Assembly (NCBI RefSeq): GCF_020745735.1
Contig: NC_083409.1
Coordinates: 13,391,259-13,455,258 of the forward strand
DNA length: 64,000 nt
From: Hemiscyllium ocellatum
Lineage: Eukaryota
Direction: 5' to 3'
In this document: in pieces, positions 10,901 through 20,749 of the stretch
How positions within the stretch are numbered: the stretch's first letter is position 1
How the letters are laid out: each line of letters begins with the position of its first letter
Position numbers and translations under genes: made by a program
The notes under the pieces: model-generated
Database searches by the model: none
Told to the model about the DNA's origin: nothing
What the model saw: only the letters and a program-made list of their open reading frames with translations

Positions 10901-13730
10901 TTAGTAAGGTTAGATCAAATGGGATCCAGGGCAAGCAAGCCAATTGGTACAAAATTGGTTTGATGGTTGGAGACAGAGAGTGGTGGTAGAAAGTTATTAT
11001 TCAGACTGGAAGACTGTGACCAGCGGTGTGGCAAAAGGATTGGTTCGGGGTTCATCATTGTTCATCATTTAAAGAAACAAATAAGATTGGAGAGTTACAG
11101 ACACAGATATTCCTGGATACAAAGCATTTAGGAAAGATAGGAAAGTGGGGGAAGAGTGAGAGGTGTGGGATTGGTTAAGGAGATCGGTGCAGAGCTGGAG
11201 AAAGAGGATGTCCCAGAGCGGTCAAGGACAGAACCGATTTGGTTCAAGATCAGAAACAAAATGTGCAATCAGTTTTTTCAGTGCAGTCTGTAGGTCACTG
11301 ACTAGTGGGAAGGATGGAGAGGAACAAACCTGGAAGGAATTTACAGTGAAGTGCAAACATTAGGGGGACTTTAGTTATCAGAATATAGAATGGGATAGGA
11401 GCAGTGTGAAGGACAAAGAGGGCCAGAGTTGTGAGATTGTGCTCAGTGATTTTTCTTCAGCCGTATGTTTCCTGGTGAATGGGAGTGGATGCTCTGCTAG
11501 ACCTGGATCTTGGGAGTGAGGAGGCTCAAGTGGATCAAGTGTCAGTGAGAGGACATTTAGAGAAGAGTGATCATTGTATCACAAGGTTTAGGGAGACAGT
11601 GGAAAAGGACAAAGGACAATCCAGAGTAAAGTCAGGACCATGGATCATATCCCACGTATCACCTCCAAATGTCTCACACTTAGAAATTTTCATTTCTTTT
11701 TCAAACAAAATATGGATGAGTCACAAATCTAATATTTTACCGCAATATTTACAGTTGAGAAAGACATGGAAGTGAAGAAATTTGGGAAATAACTGTTGAT
11801 GTCTTGAGAAGAGTCCATATTACAGACGAAGAGGTGCTGTAATCTGTTCTTAAAACTCATTAAAGTAGATAAATCCCCAGGACCGGATCAGGTCTATCCC
11901 AGCAGTTTCTGGGAAACTTGGGAAGAGACAGCGATGCCCCTTGCAGAGATGTTTGTATCATCAATAGCCACGGGTGATGTGCTGGAAGACTGGAGCTTGA
12001 ATGATGTTGTGCTGTTAGTTAATAAAGTCTGCAAGGTGAGTCTGATACCAGTGGTGAGTAAGTTATTGAAGGGATTTTGAAAGATAGGATCTACACACAT
12101 TTGAAAAGACAAGGATCGATTAGGAATAATCCACATGGCTTTGTAAGTGGGAAATTGTGTCACAAATTTGATTGAGTTTTTTGAAGACATGACCAAGTTA
12201 ATAACTGAAGGCAGAGTGGTAGACATTGTCTACATGGACTTTAGCAAGGCCTTTGACAAGTTCCCGCAAGGTTACATCAAATGGAATCCAGGGAGAGCAA
12301 GCCAATTGGTAAAAATTGGTTTGATGGTTGGAGACAGAGAGTGGTGGTAGAAGGTTATTGTTCAGACTGGAACCCTGTGACCAGCGGTGTGGTAAAAAGT
12401 TGGTTCGGGGTTCATCATTGTTCGTCATTTATAGAAAATATTTGAATGAAAATATAGGAAGTATGGTTTGTGAGTTTGCAGATGACACCAAAATTGGTGG
12501 CATAGCGGGCAGTGACGAAGGCTATTTGAGAGCATATTTACATTCCATATTGAGATAATAGGCAGGTGTTAAATTTTGGTACAAAAACTAGGCCAGGGTT
12601 TACACAGTTAATTATGGGGCAATGGGGAGTGTTGTCAAACAGGGAAATCAAGGGGTGGAGGCATATAATGCCTTGAAACTGGAGTCACATGTCGGCAGGG
12701 TGGTGAAGAAAGCATTTGGTTACACTTGCCAGTCAGAGCATTGGGTATAGGAGTTGGTCAGGCCACATTTCTGGTCACGCTGCTATTGGAAGGCTGTCAT
12801 TAAACTGGAGAGGGTGTAAAAAGGATGACAAGGATGTCACCGAGACTGGAGGGTTTGAGTTATAAGGAGAGGCTGGTTAGGCCTGGGCTATTTTCTTGGA
12901 AGGTCAGAGGCTACGGGGTGACATTTTAAAGGTTTATAAAATCATAATGGGCATAGATAAGGTGACCAGTCAAGGTCTTTTCCCCAGGATAGGGGAGTCC
13001 AAAACTAGAGGACAGACATTTAAGGTTAGAGGGGAAAGATTCAAAAGGGACCTGAGGTGCATCTCTTTCACTTAGAGGGCAGTGCGTGTATGAATGAACT
13101 GTGAGAGGAGGTTGTAGAGGCGAGTCTGATTATAACATGGATAGGAAAGGTCGACAGAAATTTTAGCCACATGCAGGCAAACAGGACTATAGGGAATAGA
13201 TAAGGTGAATATTTCACGAAGGAAGTGAATATTTTGCAGATATGTTAAAAAAAACCGTGGAAGTTTCAAGGATGAGTAATGCCAGTTATGAAAATACAAC
13301 GGAGAAATTTGGACTGTCTTCCTTGGAGAAGAGAAGGCTGAGAGGAGATGTATTTGAGGAATTCAACATCAGGAGGGGTCTGGACAGAGTAAACAGGGAG
13401 AAAATGTTCCCAATTGAGAAAGGATTGAGAGGAGAGACCACAGATTGAAAGTAATTGGTAAAAGAAACAAAAGTGGGATGAAGAAAAATATTTTCAGCCA
13501 GTGGGTGGTTAAGGTGTGGAATGCGCTGCCTGAGAGTGTGGTGGAGGCAGCTTCAATGAAACATTCCGAAGGGAATGAGACTGTTATCTGAAAAGGAACA
13601 ATGTGCAGGGTGACAGGGAGAAGGCAGGAGAATGACACTCAGTGTATTGCTCATTCGGAGAGCTGGTGCAGACAGGATGGGTGGAATGGCCTCCGTGTGC
13701 ACTGTTACAATTCTGTGATTGTGTGATTGA
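10900..13730 (+). mobile_element. Decayed CR1-type LINE ORF2 fragments
   Basis: TNLIEFFEDMTK...VDIVYMDFSKAFDK, EFADDTKIGG, LEKRRLRGD and CR1 3' tails. Confidence 0.88.
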
Positions 13731-14170
13731 GCAGAGTTAAAGCTGGGAGAGGTGGGAGCTCAGTGTCTCACTGTGCTGCTGCTGCTGCTGCTGCTGAGGT
13801 CAGTGAGATCAGAGACTGGGACAGGGAGCCAGAGCTCACATCAAACTCTGCCCCGTGTCCGTCACACTGAGACTGGCAGGAGGCTACTCACTGATTTCAC
13901 TCCATGCTGCAGGAATGGGACCACAGGCTGCAAATGGACAGAGCTCCTCCACACGGTGAGTAAAACTTACTGACTTATATCTTGCTGCTTAAAGAGAGCA
14001 ATGGAACTAAATAAATACAGCTAGACACCCTGTTAGACACAGTGCTCCTCAATCAATTATTTCATTCACTGCAGCTTCTCACTAACACCTTGAACAATTC
14101 AGCATTTGTATTTTAGAAATTGTGTTTCAGTATTGACAGGGTTAATAACAGAGGATTGAGGTTTACTTAC

Positions 14171-14205
14171 TCAGTCTGAGCTTGGTTCCTTTACCGAACG
14201 TGTAC
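14171..14205 (-). CDS. IGKJ: Ig light chain J segment
   Basis: G TAC ACG TTC GGT AAA GGA ACC AAG CTC AGA CTG A = YTFGKGTKLRL (FGxG motif), followed by donor GTAAGT (14170-14165). Phase 1, matching the C exon. Confidence 0.97.
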
Positions 14206-14244
14206 CACAGTGAGAGCACCCAGTGCAGAGGCTGTACAAAAACC
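14206..14244 (+). promoter_or_regulatory. 23-bp-spacer recombination signal sequence of J
   Basis: CACAGTG (14206-14212) + 23 bp + ACAAAAACC (14236-14244); perfect consensus, abutting J. Confidence 0.98.
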
Positions 14245-14778
14245 TTAGCTCTCTGCTTCCCTCTGTCACTCTCACCCTCTTCCTTTCTCTCTCTGTCACT
14301 CATTCACTTTCACCTTCTCCCTGTCCCCCTTTGTCTGTCACTTACTCTCACCTTCTCACTGTCTTTCTCACTGTCACCTATGTCTTTTATCTCTGTTTTT
14401 CTCAAACTGTTTCTCTCTTTCTGTTGAGTCCCTGTCTCTCTGTCTGGGCTGTGTCCAGCTGGGTTTGGGAGGTTTGTGAACTTTATTTTTCACAGTTCAC
14501 CCTTGCAGTTGCTCTTCACATGTGCTTATATGTTTAATAAGGAAACTCGAGGCTTTAAGTGAGCAGTGAATACCACAGGGACTGAATAGTGACAAGCCTG
14601 GCATGGAGCTAATTTGTTAAGTTTTGTTTATATATAACTGTGACTGTGTGTTCATTATTATATATTATGTATGGTGGTGGGATGTGTCAGGGCAGGAGGT
14701 GGGACTTTGTGTCCATTATTATATATTATATATAGCAGTGGGATGTGTCAGTACAGGCAGTGGTGCTGTGTGTATTGA

Positions 14779-14806
14779 GGTTTTTGTATGGCTCTGTATC
14801 ACTGTG
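14779..14806 (-). promoter_or_regulatory. 12-bp-spacer recombination signal sequence of V
   Basis: Minus strand CACAGTG + ATACAGAGCCAT + ACAAAAACC; perfect consensus. V-12/J-23 is the kappa-type arrangement. Confidence 0.98.
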
Positions 14807-15108
14807 CCAAGGCCAGCTCCTACTTTGCTGACAGTAATAGTCAGCAACATCCTCATTCTGAACGTTGGTGATTGTCAGGGTGAAGTGTGTGATGGACACT
14901 TCTGTCCCGGTGAATCTGTCGGAGACTCCTGTGTTTCGTATTACTGCATTGTAGATCAGGAGAGAGGGTTTCTGTCCTTCTCGCTGCTGGAACCATTCAA
15001 CATCAGTCGTGGCACTCTGACTGGATTTACAGGTGAGTGTTGCGGTCTGGCCCAGTCCCACTGACAGCACCGGGGGAGACTGGGTCATGATGATGTCTCC
15101 GCTGATAC
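14807..15108 (-). CDS. IGKV: Ig light chain V exon, kappa-type (shark NS4/type III-like), unrearranged
   Basis: Acceptor ctgacccctcag| then (G)ISGDIIMTQSPPVLSVGLGQTATLTCKSSQSATTDVEWFQQREGQKPSLLIYNAVIRNTGVSDRFTGTEVSITHFTLTITNVQNEDVADYYCQQSRSWPW. Conserved Cys, Trp and DYYC; open frame up to the RSS. Confidence 0.96.
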
Positions 15109-15276
15109 CTGAGGGGTCAGAGAGAAACACAGTGAAATCAGAACTTTCAAAAAAAGAGCATGTCAAATGAGAAATTGTTGAAGACACTGAGCATTTTCCC
15201 TTCAATCACAATCTGTGGAACTGAAGTAAAATGGAGGGCTAAAGATTCAGGTTGGAAGGAGAGATTGCTGATGTAC

Positions 15277-15325
15277 CTGCGATGCAGAATGCCAGGGGCC
15301 AGACCAACTCGATGTGTGAAATCAT
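15277..15325 (-). CDS. IGKV: V leader (signal peptide) exon
   Basis: ATG...MISHIELVWPLAFCIA-G|GTAC; 49 bp, phase 1, with a 168-bp intron to the V exon. Confidence 0.92.
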
Positions 15326-15482
15326 GGTGTGTGCTGCTGTCCCTGTGCCTGGTTCCTGATAAACTCTCCCTTCACTGGGCTCTGCTTTATAAAGCTGCAG
15401 CCTGTGAGAGTCTGACTGGGTGTTCCTCAGTATGTAAATGACATCGGGCAGAGAGAGCCATGTCAGCCCCTCACACTTCCTC
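15326..15482 (-). promoter_or_regulatory. V1 promoter: TATA, octamer variant, ETS site
   Basis: TTTATAAA 15386-15393; ATTTACAT (1 mismatch to ATTTGCAT) 15432-15439; GAGGAAGTG 15474-15482. 5 mismatches in 157 bp versus the V2 promoter. Confidence 0.8.
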
Positions 15483-15483
15483 T

Positions 15484-15520
<37 letters not shown>

Positions 15521-16030
15521 TGCTCATCCTTCCGAACTTTCTCCATCCCTTTTCCATTTTCTCTCTTTCTCCCCTTTCTCTTGTATATATTCTGTCATTC
15601 ATTGACTTACTCCCTCTTTTTCTATTCCATTTCCGACTCTGTCCTCTCCCAATTATATAACCACTTATATCTTTCCCTTTTTCCATGTGTGTTTGACACT
15701 CTGTTTATCTCCCTTTCCTTCTGTGTTGGTTGATCTCTCTCTCTCTGTCTCTTATCATCTGTTGGTCTCCTTCACTTATCTATCTACCTGTTTCCTCACT
15801 TGTTCTCTCCTCATACCCTCAATCTCTCATTCTCTCATTCTCTCTTTGTTTATGTCCCTCCCTCCTGTCACTCTCTAATTGATCTCTATAGCAGGCGCTA
15901 TTCTGGTATATTGGAACACTGAGTCCTGGGGTAGCTGTTAAATGCCTTGTCCTCTCACTCAATCTCACAATGTGAACCTCTCTCTCTCTCTCTCTCTCTT
16001 TCTCTTTGTGTGTTTTCTGTCCCTCTCTCA
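15480..16030. repeat. CT-rich low-complexity tract upstream of the V1 promoter
   Basis: (CT)n-rich polypyrimidine sequence; related tracts at 14260-14440, 16495-16840, 34270-34560 and GA-rich 59330-59840. Confidence 0.85.
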
Positions 16031-16747
16031 ATCAGAAGCTCAATGACATGAACAGCATTAAACAAATCTATCCAGGTCATCAATGATCTAACAATACTAA
16101 TCCCAGCTTGGCATTGAGGGAGACGATCATCCATGATCATATTGAATGATAGAGCAGCCTCACAGGGCGAAACCCCAACCCTAACCCTACTCCTTCTCCC
16201 TGTTTCTATCTTTGTCCGTCTGTGTTATCTTAAATCTGCCCTGGGTATTGATTCCTCTACTTATGGAAAAATTGCCTTCCTGTCCACTCTATCTCTGCCC
16301 CTCATAATCTTATAGCCCTTTAGCAGGTTCCCTCTCAACCTTCACTGCTCCAAGAGAAACAATCCCAGCCTTTCCAATCCTTCCTCATAGCTCAGACCCT
16401 CCAGGCCAGGCAGCATCCTGGGAAATCTGCTCTGCATCCTCTTGAGTACAGTCATATCCTTCTCATAATGTGGTGACCAGAACCTGTCTGTCTGTCTGTC
16501 TGTCTCTCTCACTCGATTCCCTTTACCCCTAGTCTCACACTCACTCTGTCTTTTTCTCTCTCCTTTCTATTCTTCTCTCTCAGTCACACTGTCCCATACC
16601 CTATCTCTCTCTCTCTCTCTCTATTCTTTAACCTTACCATCTCTATCTCCCTCTATTTTGCTCTCTCTCTCCTTTTACTCATCTTACATTGCCTCAGACT
16701 CTCTCTATCCCTTTCTCGCTTTCACACTCTGTCCTTCTATCTCTCTG

Positions 16748-16748
<1 letters not shown>

Positions 16749-16822
<74 letters not shown>
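16749..16822. repeat. (CA)37 microsatellite
   Basis: Uninterrupted CA run. Confidence 0.97.
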
Positions 16823-16826
<4 letters not shown>

Positions 16827-17844
16827 GCCTTTCTCTTTCTCAGAATGTCCCAGTTGGCAACTCTGCCTCACTAATGGATGTTAACTCTTGACCACAGAAG
16901 CATGTCTTTTCCTGGAGTAAGGCCCCATTTCTCACATTGACTACGCATCAGCCTGTCTCAGGAAGATGGACAGATTCTTGTCAAATGAAAGGCATTTCTG
17001 TGCTGTTGGCCCATTCTCACTGGTTTGGACACAAAGCTCATTCCATGAAGGCCCAGCAGAGAGAGGAGATCCTCAGGCCATCAGTGTGAGCTGGACGGAC
17101 AGGACAGACTCTGACCCACTGATCCATCCACAACATTGTCCAATCTCTTCCCTTCTCTTTCCCCTTCCACAATCAGGTTCTGGGATGAAACCAGGACCCA
17201 TCACACAATTACAACATAAAGGAACTGATGCCCACACCTACCATGGTGTCCATGACCTATTGGGAACCTCCAGTAGCGAATAGGAAACATGGAATTCATT
17301 CCAACTGGACCATCAAATACAGACCATTAAACATGGGCCTCTTTGCCACTGAACTCTCTCATGGAGATGAGTAAATATGAGCCTTCTTCCCACTGAATAC
17401 TCCAACAGAGATGAGCGAACATTCCTGTTGGGCCTTCCAATAGAGGCCAGGAAAGAAAGGCCTCTATTTCATTGGACTCTCCAGTAAATATGGACCAGTT
17501 TCAAACTGACCCCTCCAACAGAGACCAGTAAACCTGCGACTTCTTGCAACTGGATCCTCCTGTAGAGACCAGTTACATGGATCACATTGCCGTAGCAAGA
17601 TTGGAACTTCGGAATGAAGAGCAGGAATAGGTAATTCAGCCCTTCAAGCCCATTTGCCATTTAACATAATCATGGCTGGTCTTACCCTCATCTCCACTTT
17701 CCAGACTGCTCCCTATTGCCCTCTATCCTGCTTTTATCTGTTTCTTTCTTCAATCTGTTGATTGATTCTGCCTTCACTGCACTCTGGGGGCAGTGACTTC
17801 TACAGATTCACAACACTCTGAGAGAAGGAGTTACAATAGAACAG

Positions 17845-18190
17845 AATCCCTGCAGTATGAAACAGGCCATTTGGCCCAACAAGTTTACAATGACCCTTGA
17901 AAGAGCATTCCACCCAGACCTGTTCTCCCTACCCTGTCCCTGTCACCTTATATTTGCCATGACTAATGAACCTAACCTACACATCCCTGGACACTATAGG
18001 TAATTTAGTATGGCCAGTCCTCCTAGGTTGTACATCTTTAGACTATGGGAGGAAACTGGAGCCCCCAAGTGAAAGCCAAGCAGACAGGGGGAGAATGTGC
18101 AAACTCCGTACAGTTGCCTGAGGGTGGGATCAAACTGGGGTCCCTCGCAATGTGAGGCAGCAGTGCTCACCACTGTACCCCTGTGCCACC
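17845..18190 (-). mobile_element. tRNA-derived SINE (HE1-like) inside a CR1 fragment
   Basis: Minus strand ggtacagtggtgagcactgctgcctcac head and the shared SINE body. Confidence 0.7.
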
Positions 18191-19711
18191 TGTAGTTTCT
18201 CCTCATCTCAGTTTTGAACCGACCTCCTCTCACTCCATATCTATGACCTATTGTTCGAGTCTGGCCCACAAGAGGGAACATCTGTTCCATGTCTGCCTTA
18301 TCAATCCCCTTTAGCATCTTATATAGCTCACTCAGATCTCTCGTCTTGCGACTGAATTCCAGTGAGTACAAGCCCTAGCTATTCAGCCATTCCCGTACGA
18401 CAGCCCTTTCATCCCGGGAATCAGTCTGGTGAACATCCTTTGAACTGCATCCAGTGCCACCATATCCTTCATCAAGTAAGGAGACCACAACTGGACACAA
18501 TGCTTCAGATGTGGTCTCACCAAAGCCTCACAGAATTGTAACAATATTTCTTTATTTCTGTAATCCAGTCCTTTTATAATAAATACCAAGATTCCAATTG
18601 CTGCAAGAAATGCCAACATTCCAATTCCATGAGACTCAATTGGAACCTCCAACAGAGATCAGGAAACATGGGCCTCCATCCCACTGGAATGTCCAATGGA
18701 GCAGTAAGCCAGGGCCTCTTTCCCACTGGACCCTCCAGTATTGGAGCTTCAAACTCCACTTCCTCTCCATCACATAGGTCTCTTATTTCAATCTCCACAA
18801 CATTGTTTGCCTCTGCACTACATCATCTCTTTGACCACAAAAATCCTTATTCCTGCTCATCCCACCTCCAAACTGTATGGTTCCGATGTCCTTTCCCAGC
18901 TTACTCCATTTCTGTTCCATAAATTCCAAATTGTCTCAAATGGAGTGGCCCCTTCCCTGCCTCACACGTAGGAGGAGATGGACAGATTTTATATAAGTAA
19001 CGAGTTTAAACATTCTGGAAAGTGAATGTGGTCAGAATTGATCAAACTGATGATGGCTCCTGCAATTGAATATCCTGCTGGCAAGCTCCAGCCTTTTACA
19101 CACAGAATGGGGAAGTGTGTATGGTAGGGTATATATTGTAGGGCTCCATGGAACTATCCCTCAGCATCAATTGTCCCTCAGGAGGGGAGAGGGAATGTTC
19201 AGGGTCGTGAGCTCCATTTCCCAGCCCAGGCAGTTTGTCTCCCAGTGAATGAATAAGATGCCAATTTGGAGCCCAGGTTAGGGAACAGTCTCTGCTGTGG
19301 ACCCAGGTCTACAAGAGGCAACTAGAGATTGAGCTGAAAAGGAAAAAATTGCTGGGTTATGGGGAGAGGGAGGGGCAGTGGGATCACTCACAGACATGAT
19401 GGGCTGAATGGCCTCCTCCTGTGCTAGGGGGAGCAGATTTCGGACTGAATTGAGAAGGAACTTCTTCACCCAGAGGGTGGTGAATCTATGGAATTCCCTG
19501 CCCAGCGAAGTCGTTGAGGTTTCCTTAGTAAATGTTTTTGAAGCTAAGACAGATAATTTTTTGAACAGTAAAAGAATTAAGGGTAATGGTGAGGGGGTGG
19601 GTAGAGGGAGCTGAGACCATGAAAAGATCAGCCATGATCTTATTGAATGGCGCGCGGGGTTGAGGGGCCAGATAGGCTGCTCCTGCTCCTGGTTTTAATG
19701 TTCTTATGTGC

Positions 19712-19990
19712 TGTCAGATTCCAGGGAGTGCAGACAGTTCACAGTTTTCTCCCATCTCAGTAACAAACGTCCAGCTGCTCTGAGCTCCTTCTTTCACTTC
19801 CTCTCTCAGTGAAGTTTCAACCTTGCGATCTGACAGTCCTTGCATTTATTTTTTACACTGGGGCTTTCTGCTGTGGTCAGAATCTCTAATAATAAGTGTC
19901 CAATCAGTGACAATCACAGCAGCTAAGAGCAGTCAGGACTGAGGAGCCAGGCTCACAGGGAAACACATTGGGAAGATCAAATCCATCCTT
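19712..19990 (-). promoter_or_regulatory. Conserved non-coding block with EICE (copy 1), candidate B-cell enhancer
   Basis: GGAAGTGAAA on the minus strand at 19792-19801, E-box CAGCTG 19772-19777, RUNX-type TGTGGT 19872-19877. 7 mismatches in 150 bp versus copy 2. Confidence 0.5.
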
Positions 19991-20749
19991 TTCAGATCCC
20001 ACTAAAAACTTCATCCCTCTCCCTGAGCACTCTTTACAAAAACAGAACAGTTCTGAAAAAGGTTCTCTTGACCCAAAATGTTAACTCTGCTTTCTCTCCA
20101 CAGATGGTGCCAGACCTGCTGAGCTTTTCCAGCAATATCTGTTTCTGTTTCTCATTTACAGCAACCACAGCTTTTTCAGCTTTTATTTAGTGTCAGACTC
20201 CTTGCTATCTTGGCCTTATCTTTGAGGATGATCTGAACCCCAAATCTCCACGTCACAGAGATCACTCACTCAAAATCTCTTTGCTTTGGGACTCCAAATG
20301 TGATCAATTCAATGTTGTCCTGTGCCACATCACAGCCACTGCCCTCTGTAAACTTCAGCTCATCCCAAACTCTGCTGCCCGTATCCAAGTTCGCACCAAG
20401 CCCCATCCCCAACCCCCACTGTCCTCACTGACCGACATTGGCTCCCGGTCCAACAACATCATGATTTACAAATTCTCATCCTTATTCTCAAACCCTACCT
20501 GTCCTTCAACCCTCCCTATCTCTGTAACCTCCTTCTAGCTGCCTCATTCTGTGTGGTTAGTAATCTTACATATATGGCTGTCTAATCCTTTATGCACATC
20601 ATTGAGAGATATTGTGAAACACTCAGGTCCCAGCACAGATCCTTGGGGACACGACTATCCACATTTTGCTCATTGGAGAGCACACACATTATCCCTCCTC
20701 TCTGTCTCCTGCCTCCAAACTAATTCCTAACCCAAGGCAAATTTGTGTT

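Noticed and set aside
13752-13973. Signal-peptide-like ORF (GAQCLTVLLLLLLLRS...) as a secreted protein gene
   Set aside because: GTG start with an in-frame stop just upstream; the Leu run is a (CTG)7 repeat. Kept only as part of a low-interest island.
14171-14810. Germline-joined VJ (known in some shark light-chain clusters)
   Set aside because: V and J are separated by 601 bp with both RSSs intact, so the cluster is unrearranged.
14726-15205. ORF-track protein starting MKGKCS... as the V gene product
   Set aside because: Its N-terminus is intron sequence and its C-terminus reads through the RSS; the real structure is leader exon + intron + V exon.
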